A stretch of DNA of 62,951 nt, counting the filler, from Octopus bimaculoides (lineage: Eukaryota): NCBI RefSeq assembly GCF_001194135.2. It is 6 parts of 5 records of this genome, joined end to end, with 100 filler letters (N's around TTAATTAATTAA, not from the genome) between each part and the next. Parts side by side here need not be neighbours in the genome. Positions count along the whole stretch, not along the records: positions 17,419 to 43,042 come from NC_068985.1; 5 more parts are not named here. One strand, written 5' to 3'. Of the stretch, positions 25,686-37,999 are shown piece by piece; position 1 is the first letter of the stretch, and every line of letters begins with the position of its first letter. The notes under the pieces were generated by a model, which saw only the letters and a program-made list of their open reading frames with translations, made no database searches and was not told the DNA's origin. Made by a program: the position numbers and the translations under genes.

Positions 25686-26140
25686 CGAAGGCATGGCTGT
25701 GTAGGGAAGATGCTCAATTTTTAGCCATATGGTTTCAGTTCCAATGCATGGTACTTCTATTGTGTCTCAGGTCGACCAATTATTTGTGAGTGAATTGAAT
25801 AGACGGAAAATATGCGGAAGCCCACCGTATCCGCATATGGTTATGTATGTATGTATGTATGTATGTATGTATGTATGTATGCATGTATGTATGTATGTAT
25901 GTATATATGCATGTATGTATTTGTGTCTGTATGACTTTGTGTTTGAATCAGTCTTCCATACTCCTTGAAATGCGCTGTTGATTTGTTTGCGTTCTTGTAA
26001 CTTAAGGGATCGGCAAAAGTTGCCGATAGAATGTAGTACGAGATTAAAAGAAATAAATAGTGTGGTCGATTTGTTTGACTAAACTCTTCAAGATAGTGCC
26101 CAGCATGGTCAGAGTCTAACGAAAGTAACAAGTGCAAAAT
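25686..26140 (+). mobile_element. SINE family B, diverged, with expanded internal (TATG)n
   Basis: Head ggcatggctgtgt..., tagacggaaa...gaagccc, then (TATG)n, then tail ggtcgatttgtttgactaaa...gtgcccagcatgg. Confidence 0.65.
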
Positions 26141-29100
26141 GACACACAAACACACAGGCACACACACAGTTTAAATTTGAGTAGAAATTGCATCACTGAC
26201 GAGATTAAACATATCGAAACGTCTATCCTTTTGATCTGTTGGGATTTACATAAACGTTGTGTATATTTAGAAATTACTTCAATCAACTGATATTAATTGA
26301 CTTATCTATCTTGAGTTTTTTTTTAGTTTTAAGTTTCTAAAAACCCCAAGGAGGAATATGTGTCTGTTAATTATTGTACAGTTTCAGTTGTACAGTTTTC
26401 CTCTCATCGCATCACATCAGTGAAACCCTGCTATTTTTGTTTTAGCGGGTAGCAAGCTTCCTCTCAGGTAGCCATGTTGTTGTTAATCATAATCAGTTAA
26501 TTTCTCAAACTTAGTGACTTTTGAAAAGGTATGAATATTACAAATAACATCTCAATTCCGCTAAATAGATAATGTAAACTAACAGATGTAATATATATTT
26601 TCATTACCTTTCAGAACTTTTTCTACTCATCTTTATTAGATATGTTAATGCTTTAGCTGTTGTTCTTCTGTAATCCTTGTCGAGTGGCATTTCAAATGTT
26701 AGGAATGTTTTTCATATAACGTATGTTTTATTACATTATCCAGCTTATCTTTAGTTTTTTTTTTAAGACAGTAGAATTTCTAGCAGAACTAACATTACAT
26801 GTTGCTGTGTGTTTATTATTGTTGTTATTATTCTGAGGTGGTTGTTTTTGTTATTGTTGTTGTTTCACCCAAAGTTTGACCTGATTTACCTGACAAACGT
26901 ATGCTGAGCCCCTAAAAATCACATAGGAGTTAGTTACAGCATTTTGTGCATAATCCTGACGTCAATTTAGGGGCCGTAGAGAAGACAGGAATATATAAGA
27001 TCTTCATATAATTTTAAGATGGAGCTCGTAATCTGAGGAATATTGCGTTGCTATATCATGGAGGTCAGTCAATCGTATTCATCCTTTCATTGTTTGCTTG
27101 GAATGTTGATTTGTTATTCACTGTGTCAAATCAAGACCGAGATTTACAACGGAGTTGACACTGTCTAAGAGAGTAATAAGTGGAGGGGGGAGAAAACGAG
27201 GAAAAGAATAGAAAGAAACAGAAAATTAGAGAGAGAAAGGAAAAACAATAGATTGAGGTAGAGAGAGTCAAATGACGGCCTTCCAGTAAGTATCTAACGA
27301 ACCGTACACATGTAAGAACGCACACAAAATTACTTGCATGTCTACATAAATACAAACATATATACAAATACACGCATATAGACACGCATACAAATATACA
27401 AATAAATATGTCCGCAAATACATGCCCACATATATAAATATATATACACATATACATACACACATATACATATGCATTCGAGTACTATTTTTCCCGCCTT
27501 GTTTCGCATTTATGTGCTTACACTGGTATATATANNNNNNNNNNNNNNNNNNNNNNNNNNNNNNNNNNNNNNNNNNNNNNNNNNNNNNNNNNNNNNNNNN
27601 NNNNNNNNNNNNNNNNNNNNNNNNNNNNNNNNNNNNNNNNNNNNNNNNNNNNNNNNNNNNNNNNNNNNNNNNNNNNNNNNNNNNNNNNNNNNNNNNNNNN
27701 NNNNNNNNNNNNNNNNNNNNNNNNNNNNNNNNNNNNNNNNNNNNNNNNNNNNNNNNNNNNNNNNNNNNNNNNNNNNNNNNNNNNNNNNNNNNNNNNNNNN
27801 NNNNNNNNNNNNNNNNNNNNNNNNNNNNNNNNNNNNNNNNNNNNNNNNNNNNNNNNNNNNNNNNNNNNNNNNNNNNNNNNNNNNNNNNNNNNNNNNNNNN
27901 NNATATATATATATATATATATATAAACGCATACGCACATACATACACACATACATACATACATACATACATACAAACATACATACATATATACATACAT
28001 ACATATAATATTGTGGATATGAAAGAGGAGAGAGCGTCAGACGAGGGAAAGTAAAATGCGGAGAAATCCGGATAAAGATAATGAGAAAATGATGGATGTA
28101 CATGATACAGAAACAGTGGCACCAATGAATTTTTATCATCATCAACATCATCATCATCATCATCGTTATCATCATCATCATCATCACCCTCCTCCTCCTC
28201 CTAATCATCATGATCATCATGATCATGATCATCATCATCATCATCATCATCACCAAGAGATTTTGTGCGCGTGCGTGTGTGCATACATATATATGCATTT
28301 GTATATATTTATGGTTTGCATATATGTGTCTCTATTTGTATCTAGCCATGTACCTACGTCTGTATGTTTAGCGTATATACGTATATTATAGATTGTTTGG
28401 CATGTGTATATATTGCTAAATGTATATGTAATCTAGCGTGAATTTTTTTTAAACGGATATGTCTTTTTATTTAATTATTTACTATTATTTTTACAGTTAA
28501 TTCTTTACCCTGGGTATTCAGGCCTTTTTCTTTCTTTATAAGCTATTTTTTATTTAAGGCTTTCTTCGATTTTTATAATGGTAGGATTTTAAACCGCAAT
28601 GTATTTCATGCAACCGGTTATTGAAAAGATTGTTAGTTGAAAGGACTAATGAAACAAAACCATTTTCAAATGTGTATCTATCAAAGTAATTGTATTTCTG
28701 CATATAACTTTATCTTGCACCGTTCTAAACAAAACTGTCCGACGAACGGGAACGCGAAACTTTCAGTATATGTATGTATGCATATATTTATGCAAGTATG
28801 AATGTATAACATGAGTCATATTATATAAGTGACTTTAAGCAAGTACGCAACACACAAATACAGGAATTTCTAAAGTTGTGGACTTGGTTGTCGTTTTTGT
28901 GGAAGATGCAAGATACGGTGAAGATTCCTGAGTTTCGTTTATAAAGACATAATAAATTCCAGGTGGAATTTTACTAACGAATCCGTGGTTCTATTGTACA
29001 GAAGTAAAAAATAAAGAACCTTTAGCAAGTATTTCCCATAATAGATTAGGCTAAAAAGAAAATAATTTATACGGTGGGTAGGAATATGTGATGTGTAACT

Positions 29101-29431
29101 CATGAAGTGATGTATGTATGGATATGTTTATACGTCTATCTATCTGGGTGTATGCGATTGGCTGAGTCCTGCGTTAAAGTAAACAGGAATGTATCTTTTG
29201 AGATATTGTTGAATATATTGTTTGGAACTATGCGACACGCAATCAATATATCCAGCTGTTGAAGAGGAACACATACAAACACACTAACGCAGATATACAC
29301 CGACAAATACACACACACTTACATATATATATACATGTATATATTTACACATATATCTACAAACATTACATATTTTAAAATACCTCTCTATATCTCTATC
29401 TACATACTTATGTATACATCTATCATAGACG

Positions 29432-29464
<33 letters not shown>

Positions 29465-29889
29465 NNNNNNNNNNNNNNNNNNNNNNNNNNNNNNNNNNNN
29501 NNNNNNNNNNNNNNNNNNNNNNNNNNNNNNNNNNNNNNNNNNNNNNNNNNNNNNNNNNNNNNNNNNNNNNNNNNNNNNNNNNNNNNNNNNNNNNNNNNNN
29601 NNNNNNNNNNNNNNNNNNNNNNNNNNNNNNNNNNNNNNNNNNNNNNNNNNNNNNNNNNNNNNNNNNNNNNNNNNNNNNNNNNNNNNNNNNNNNNNNNNNN
29701 NNNNNNNNNNNNNNNNNNNNNNNNNNNNNNNNNNNNNNNNNNNNNNNNNNNNNNNNNNNNNNNNNNNNNCAGGTATACATACTTATATTTATTTGTATGT
29801 ATATGTGTATATATATATATATATAAATATATATGTGTGTGCGTGTGTGTGTGTGTGTGTGCGTGTGTGTGTGTGTGTGTGTACATATA

Positions 29890-30190
29890 TGGGCACAGGA
29901 CGTCACGAAACGTGTCCAACAAAAGAAAAACGAAGTACGAGTACATGGAATATGAGCTATTTTTTCGAACAACGAAAGACATAAATGGAAAAGAATACAA
30001 GCAACACAAAAAAACGACCTTTCATCAGTTGTTGACAGATTTTCTACTCTCGTATTTCGAGCATTTAACAACAATGTACGGTTTCGATAAAACAGTTGCT
30101 CTCGCAAAGCAAATTAAATACAATTTGGGATTTTGCGGAGTGTCAAAATTGGTAACACAGACAGGACAGTAAAAACAAACAGAAAGGGCT
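29890..30190 (+). mobile_element. Unclassified interspersed repeat (possibly Penelope-like terminal repeat)
   Basis: gggcacaggacgtcacgaaacg...ttttttcgaacaacgaaa...gcaaca recurs in a related form at about 51005-51135; both begin beside TA/CATA tracts. Confidence 0.45.
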
Positions 30191-30491
30191 GCTAATCCTA
30201 AACGTAGCTGTGGTGGTGAACGCGTAAATCAAGCTTGAACAGGAGACAGACAAGAACAAGTCTTCCTTGATCCGGCTACAATGGAGAGACAGAAAGAAAC
30301 ACAAGTTAGGAGAAGAAACATGGCCGATGGTCACTTGGGAGCCACAGAGAGTGACAGTCAGAGAACTGAGAGGGGGAGAAGAAAAAATAGAGATAGGATA
30401 AAAACAGGAGGGGGAGAAGGGCAGAGAAAAAATGAAAGAGTAATAGGGTAGAATAATGGGAGTATATTATATATATATATATATATATCAA

Positions 30492-30774
30492 CTGTTGTGT
30501 CTGGGGAGTGTCATTCTCTTTCAGTGCTTTATAATTTAACACACTCACCGGTAAAATTTCCACTTATTTCTTTTTTTTTTTTTTTTTTCTAAAAGTTTCG
30601 TTGCATCTTGCAACCTTTTGAATAGTTTTGACTCAGAACTATTGAAAAGTTTGCAAGACGCAACGGAAATTTTAGAAAAACGAAAAAAAAAAACAGAAAG
30701 AAGTGGAAATTTTACCGGTGAGTGTGTTAAATTATAAGGCACTGAAAGAGAATGGTTCTCCCAAGACACAACAG
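30492..30774. repeat. Long inverted repeat (arms about 136 bp, 9-nt loop)
   Basis: 30492-30627 is the reverse complement of 30637-30774 at roughly 90% by eye, including a perfect 37-bp block TTATAATTTAACACACTCACCGGTAAAATTTCCACTT; loop TTGACTCAG. Confidence 0.92.
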
Positions 30775-30849
30775 AATATGCTTCAACACACGAACTCGCT
30801 TAAAGAATCTTGCAAACCAAATCTAAAAACGATATGTATATATATATAT

Positions 30850-31078
30850 TCCTCTTTACTCTTTTAATTCTTTGAGTCTTTTGTTTGCGGCCATGTGAAA
30901 GCACCACGATTAGTAGAGCAAATCGACACCGGGTATTATTCTTTGTAAGCCTAATACTTATTCTATCGGTCAATTTTGCCGAACGGCTAAATTAAGGGGA
31001 CGTAAATACACCAGCGTCAGTTGTCAAGCGACGTTGGGGTGACAAACACAGACATACAAATATACACACACACACACA

Positions 31079-31156
<78 letters not shown>

Positions 31157-31297
31157 TACACACACACACATATATATACTACGGATTCTTTCAGTTTCCG
31201 TCTACCAAATCCACTCACAAGGATTTGGTCGGCCCGAAAGTATAGTAGAAGACACTTGCCCAAGATGCCACGCGGTATGACTGAACACGGAACTATG
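30850..31297 (-). mobile_element. SINE family B, cut by an N gap at the head
   Basis: gcggccatgtgaaagcacc...caaatcgacacc...internal (CA)(CT)(CA) tract...ctaccaaatccactcacaagg...gaagacacttgcccaagatgcc. Confidence 0.85.
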
Positions 31298-32032
31298 NNN
31301 NNNNNNNNNNNNNNNNNNNNNNNNNNNNNNNNNNNNNNNNNNNNNNNNNNNNNNNNNNNNNNNNNNNNNNNNNNNNNNNNNNNNNNNNNNNNNNNNNNNN
31401 NNNNNNNNNNNNNNNNNNNNNNNNNNNNNNNNNNNNNNNNNNNNNNNNNNNNNNNNNNNNNNNNNNNNNNNNNNNNNNNNNNNNNNNNNNNNNNNNNNNN
31501 NNNNNNNNNNNNNNNNNNNNNNNNNNNNNNNNNNNNNNNNNNNNNNNNNNNNNNNNNNNNNNNNNNNNNNNNNNNNNNNNNNNNNNNNNNNNNNNNNNNN
31601 NNNNNNNNNNNNNNNNNNNNNNNNNNNNNNNNNNNNNNNNNNNNNNNNNNNNNNNNNNNNNNNNNNNNNNNNNNNNNNNNNNNNNNNNNNNNNNNNNNNN
31701 NNNNNNNNNNNNNNNNNNNNNNNNNNNNNNNNNNNNNNNNNNNNNNNNNNNNNNNNNNNNNNNNNNNNNNNNNNNNNNNNNNNNNNNNNNNNNNNNNNNN
31801 NNNNNNNNNNNNNNNNNNNNNNNNNNNNNNNNNNNNNNNNNNNNNNNNNNNNNNNNNNNNNNNNNNNNNNNNNNNNNNNNNNNNNNNNNNNNNNNNNNNN
31901 NNNNNNNNNNNNNNNNNNNNNNNNNNNNNNNNNNNNNNNNNNNNNNNNNNNNNNNNNNNNNNNNNNNNNNNNNNNNNNNNNNNNNNATATATATATATAT
32001 ATATATAAAACTTGTGTATGTATTATTTATGC

Positions 32033-32091
<59 letters not shown>

Positions 32092-32249
32092 TCATACATA
32101 CATGAACACCTACTACTTAAATAAATATGCACAAACATACGTGCACATCTGTAATTATTCTTGTTTCCTTTTCCTCCAACTTTTACCATTGTCCTGTGAA
32201 TCTCTTTAGTTTTCTTCGCGCAGCTTTAATTTTAATTTAATTAATCCCA

Positions 32250-32830
32250 TGGGCTCCATTCAGCATGCTTTATAACTTGAAATTAACTACGTGAACAGTT
32301 CTAAATGAGCTTCAGGCTCAACACAGCAAATGTTCTTTGCTCGTTTGGCTTGGAAATTTCGCCAAATTATCTTTCCGATTCTCATTTCATGACAGCTAAT
32401 CCGCTTTCCAATCTTATTCCCTAATTAAAAATATTTTGTCGGTCATTATTAAAACTATGAACCTTGCAAATATCCGTGGCGTATTAATTTATCGTCAATG
32501 GTTGTAGTTCACATCAATTATCAATCTCTTCTATAATTTCCTAACTGATGATTCATGGTTTGATACAGCGCCAGACAAATGTCTCCGACTGTCAAAAGCA
32601 CAGTTTGAAAACTCAGTAGATTCTCAGTCAAAGTTTTAAAAGAGCAAGCTTCAATTCTCCTGAATTAAGGTGTTGAGCACGTATCATCTCTTCTTCGCAG
32701 TTATTTCTAATTCTACTGCAAAAACCCTTGTAAATCAGCGTTCTAAATTTTCGACATAGAATCGAATACGAATCGTTTCTTTGTACTTTACATTAAACCT
32801 TTCCATACATCTTCACATCATCAAATAGGC
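32250..32830 (-). pseudogene. Possible very decayed non-LTR RT fragment
   Basis: Minus strand LFDDVKMYGK at 32799-32828 resembles the LYMDDLKLYAK RT motif of R4-like elements; the remainder is heavily disrupted. Confidence 0.3.
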
Positions 32831-32875
32831 GCAAATGGTGTATATTGGTCTGACCCTTCCTCAAGTCATGTATAG

Positions 32876-33024
32876 TAGACACAAGCGTGCCTGTGTGGTA
32901 AGACGTTCACTTCCCTACAACACGAGACCGGGTTCAATCGTCCTGCATAACACCTTGTTCAAGTGGCTTCTGCTAAGCCTACTGAATGAATTTGGTAGAT
33001 GGAAACCGAAAGAAACCCGTCGTA
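32876..33024 (+). mobile_element. SINE family B, head fragment
   Basis: gcctgtgtggtaag...gggttcaatc...ccttgttcaagtg...gaatttggtagatggaaaccgaaagaaacccgtcgtata. Confidence 0.75.
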
Positions 33025-33030
33025 TATATA

Positions 33031-33250
33031 TATAATCCAAAGGAGTAAGGGGTTGTGAATTCAACCAACTAAGGGATAATATCTATCCAATATACTGCTG
33101 GGAGGGTACCCAATTATTATTACACTGGTGTTTTTACCAAGTGCAATAAATGGGTGCGGGTAAAAGGAGGTTTTACCCTAAATTTATATAGCAATAAGAA
33201 AATGAAGGGGAATATGTGGTACTCATCAACTTGCAGACACTGTACTATGT
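33031..33250 (+). mobile_element. About 200-bp TA-anchored repeat (second copy at 39365-39592, opposite strand)
   Basis: ctaagggataatatctatccaatatactgctgggagggtacccaattatt is nearly identical to the reverse complement of 39505-39560. Confidence 0.75.
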
Positions 33251-33383
33251 TAATTAACTTGTTTATTTTTCAAATAAAAGAACAATAAAGACAATATACA
33301 AACACAAATGACACACTATGTCATATCAATAATTAAAAATTCAAAATTCAAAAAGACATCAAGTGACCGAAGAAGGGACAAAT

Positions 33384-33513
33384 TCTTACAGCTGTTTCGG
33401 CCTAGAGGTGGCATGCCCCATTCTATCTATATAACTCCAGTAAGCTGGAGTAATTGGTAGATGAAATGGATGCAATGGAGATACATGTATGATTCTCTAG
33501 GCCTCTTCAGAGA
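33384..33513 (-). ncRNA. Minimal type I hammerhead ribozyme with extended stem II
   Basis: Minus strand 5'-TCT CTGAAGA GGCCTAGAG [87 nt] CTCTAGGCC GAAA C AGCT G TA AGA-3': complete CUGANGA/GAAA/UH core, 3-bp stem I, 9-bp base of stem II, palindromic AGCU loop III. Confidence 0.8.
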
Positions 33514-35287
33514 TATACAAAGTTCAGTTCGTGAAGTTTACAACATTCAAATATAAATATAAAAATTTAAAAGCATATAAAAAAAACATATAAAGAGTCA
33601 TAAAACTCACATATATATGCATATGCATGCATACTTTAACATATACAGATATACATAAACAGATAACCATAAATACATGAATACCTGTATGTGTGTTTAG
33701 ATGTACATACATAAATGTCTATACATGCACACCAAAGAGACAAATGTTATTGTTTCGATATATGAGGAGGACAGACACATATATATATACCCACACATAC
33801 ATACATACCCATATGTANNNNNNNNNNAAGAGACAAATGTTATTGTTTCGATATATGAGGAGGACAGACACATATATATATACCCACACATACATACATA
33901 CCCATATGTATATATAAACACTACCATACATGCATGTTCTCTGGTACATACGCTTTTAGTTGCGTTTGGAAAGGAGGACCGGTGCAACGGTTCTTATCAC
34001 TATATTTTCAGCACAATGTTCAGACCTAGATGTAAATATATATTTGTTTATATGCTAAACCTGTGGGGTACGAATGTGTACGCCCTGTTGCTAGCAGGAT
34101 TCCAAATACCCACTACCAGCAGGACGCTAACTTCTCCATAAACAAAAAATAACGGAGTATCTCATCGCAGGTTAAAAAAGTCAAGACATTATTTTCATAA
34201 CAATTCCTCACGAAATAGTTTTTACATAAATTCCTCCATCACATACAGAAAAAGGCTAATGAACGTGTGCGGGAATAGGACAAAAATCACATTTAGTGAC
34301 AATTATACTTCACTTCTTTTGTAAACCGTTGCAGCCTGCTGTTTATATTAATTTTATGTATACACAATAGCGAATCGCTAAATTTTCCATTTATTTGCAT
34401 GACAAAAACATATATACTAATAGTGAAGCAAGTTCGGAAAACAACGAAGATCGAGCGGGCTTAACTAATGAGGCAACGGAAATTGCCGAAACTGACGTCA
34501 GTATTAAGAATTCTCGTTCAGTCATTTTCGAATAATTCAGGTCCCTGTTAGAGCGTATGTTTTCATTCATGTGCGTTAACTACAGCATTAGAGCATATTT
34601 CTAACAATGTAGACAATTATATATATACATATCGCATCCTTGGAAATAGTATAATGCATTGCTCTCCCAAATACTAGATGTTTTGTTATAAGGCCACATA
34701 GACTAAAGGATCATTTATTTATACATTTATATACTGAAAAGCAAAAGCATCTTGGCGATGAGAGGAAACAAACGCTTTAATTCATTAAATTACACTCTGC
34801 ATGTGTGTGTGTGTGTGTAGAGTTATAATGTCCCTGTTCCACTTCTACCTCCAAGTATTTGTTTCCTGAGAACTCGCATGTAACATTCGGTCTTTATTTG
34901 ATTCGACAATTTTTGCTTCTACACTGTCCCAGTATAAATTGCCATACATAAGTAAATAACTCGACAGTAAAAGTTCTAGTTCTACAGTATTTTGTTAGTG
35001 TCACCAGTTACAATTATCTCAAATTGTTATTACTCCACACAACTCTCGTTCATAATCTCTAACTCATTAACTCATTAATCCTTCTTCCTAGAACCGTTTA
35101 AACAGCGAATACTGGCATTCTTCCGTTGGGGTAACGGTTCAGTATATCTGTGCACGCGTGTGTGTGTGTGAGAGTGTGTATGTGAGTGTATGAGCGTGTA
35201 TGTGAGTGTATATATCTATACATGTATGCATATATTTATGCATACATATGCATACGTGCACACATACACGCACATGCATATGTATGC

Positions 35288-36160
35288 AGGGATAGAGATG
35301 CAGGAAAAGCAATAAAATGTGACAACCGATGCAGAATTTGTGAAGCTAACACCGAAGATATCACCCACATTATAAGCAGTTATCCAAAAATGTCATCACG
35401 GTATTATCTACTGATAAGACATGATGTTGTAGCTAGGATACTCTACAATGCAATTCGTCGGAAGGATAAGCCCGAGGACAAAGAAATAAGAACTCACAAT
35501 ATGGTAGAAGCCATAGCCACTCATAATAAAAAGGGGTCCTGGTGGAATATCCCAGTGAAGACCTCAATAAAATGTAAGCATATCAGACCTGATATAATGA
35601 TTTAGGATAGAGAAGATAAACTGTGTACAGTTATGGAAAATAGCTGCCCAACAGATGTTAACATAAGGCTGAAGATCAGGGATAAAGAGAACACCTATGC
35701 TGAACTATTGAGAAATCTGCAGTTACTCTATCCACATTACAAGTTCAGGTTTATACCTGTAATTATTGGGGCTCTGCGATATGTAACACACTGTCTAATT
35801 ACCAATCTCGACAAATTAGGCTTCTTAATACCAGAAAGGAGAAAGCTAATTCGAAAACTGGAACTGTAAATATCTGTAATACTGGAACTGTAAATAATGG
35901 AACTGTAAATATCTGTAATACTTTCCAGACGTTTATCATTTGAAAATATATATGAGCATATCTAGATATGCAACTATATGAATGAGAATGCTTACATAAA
36001 ACAGAACATACAAATCTGCACATATACATACATACATACATACATACATACATACAAAAATATGCTGCTGTTGATGTTAGAATTCCAATGACGGAGCCTT
36101 GGATCTAAGTTAGAAACCGACTCTTTCTCTATTGGCAAGAAATATTGAAATATAACTAAA
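35288..36160 (+). mobile_element. 5'-truncated RLE-type LINE (R4/Dong-like): CCHC knuckle, restriction-like endonuclease, 3' UTR
   Basis: CRICEANTEDITHIISSY (CCHC with last C to Y), RHDVVA, WWNIP...RPDIMI*DRE...ENSCP...KENTY...IPVIIGALRYV; one in-frame stop; 3' UTR homologous to 54662-54900 (-). Confidence 0.88.
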
Positions 36161-37947
36161 CAATGACATACATACATAGGGTGCAGATGAATATCGAAAA
36201 GACCGAAAAAATTTCATTAGACTCAAACAATGTTGTTATAACAAATCAAAAGTATCTAAAATATACCATATCTATAAAGAAAGAATATAGGTGGATGGAA
36301 CTGAACCACAAAACTTTATTAAATACAGATCAAAACACAATTGAAAATTACAAGAAAACTTTTCAATCAATTAACATATAAAATACGTAGCTAGAATTGA
36401 AATCCCTTGAAAGTTAGTATAACAGCGCTGAAGATCCCAAATCTAGGACACAGTAATATGTAAATACTAGGGTAACTATTCACTGAACGCAATCACCTAA
36501 AACAATGGTATGTGATTTCAGCAGAGATTTATTTTTACCAACTATATGTAGTAAACCAATGGAACACAAATCCACGCAATCACTTGACCTGTTCAAATCA
36601 GCAACAGAACCATCCTAAAGTCACATGTCACCGCGTTAAAATGTGAAGGGAAATGAATATTTTAAAAATGCAATCGTGGAAAGACAATGTTCTGTGCGCC
36701 TTTGTCTACGTTCATATGTGTATAAGTATATATATGAGTACATGTAAGTACATGGATATGTGAATGTGTGTCTATGTATATATGTATGTATAGATGCATG
36801 TTATGTATATGTGCATGTATGCATGTTTATGTGTAAATATATATATATATATATATATATAACCAAAATAACCAAAAGGTTATCAAGTTGTAATGCTGTA
36901 GGACTGTTTCAAGCGGCTCCATTTAATTGAAGAATGCAATCATTACATGAATTTAAATGCAGTGCCATCTTCAGCTCCAAAAATAAATAAAATCTAACCA
37001 GTCGGACACATTAATATAATTTTTCTCAAATACTATAACAGAGCAAGAAGATGGAAGAAAATCATGTCGCTATTTTGGCTAAGAATAGACTACACTTCCA
37101 AGAATCGCATGAAGCCCATCGGAGTCATAGCGCTGTAAAGGACTGTAATTTATTTCTAATTTATTTATCTCTTTATCAACTACTAAATTTAAGATGACAA
37201 GATTGTGTCTCTTTTGAATAAAGGGCAAGAGTGAGTTGACAGTTCATGGCTAGGTATGATCATAAATATTATAATATGTATCCCTTTTCCTCGGGTAGGA
37301 AAGAAGATACTAGTAGTCAATTGGATATAAAGTAGCTGTCTATAAAAAGTGGCAGGGTAGGGGAAGACTTTAAATCATGATGTTAATTTCCAGTTAAAGG
37401 GACAACACGCTAAGAAACCTAGGATGTTAATACAGAGGAAATTTTATCTTGGAGCACTATGGGTGATTGTTTATAAACGATATTGTTATGTGGTATAAAA
37501 ATAAAATTTAAGATTATCAAAAATGATATCATAACCAAAATAGGTAAAATGTGTCTATATATCAATTGTAAACATTAAAAAGGAAAGATTACATACAATC
37601 AGTTCAATATTCATTCATGTACTTAATTAATTACTTATTAGGTGATTTCTATAAAGACTTCTCAGGGCATTTACTTATGGAATAACTGGAAAGATAAACA
37701 TGCTATCAATATATTAATTTCAAGCCATGAATCAGAGAACAAATATAAAGATGTGTAGATACACACACATATTTATATATGCGAACACATGCACACATAC
37801 ACATATACAAATATTTATACGTTTAAACACACACACACACATATATATACTTATACCTTTCAAGTATCATGATAAAATGAAACTGTTTGTTAGTAGCCCT
37901 TTCGGCTGTACGTTTAAATTGGCGGGGTGAGGGAGAGAGAAAGAGTG

Positions 37948-37999
<52 letters not shown>

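Noticed and set aside
28056-28391. His/Pro-rich protein ORF
   Set aside because: (CAT)n/(CCT)n microsatellite between low-complexity flanks; no splice or domain support.
30010-30065. Type II hammerhead on the minus strand (GAAA...CTGATGA)
   Set aside because: No valid stem I hairpin or UH triplet could be formed.
33735-33910. 83-bp perfect tandem duplication
   Set aside because: The two identical copies flank exactly 10 Ns, the signature of an unmerged contig overlap.
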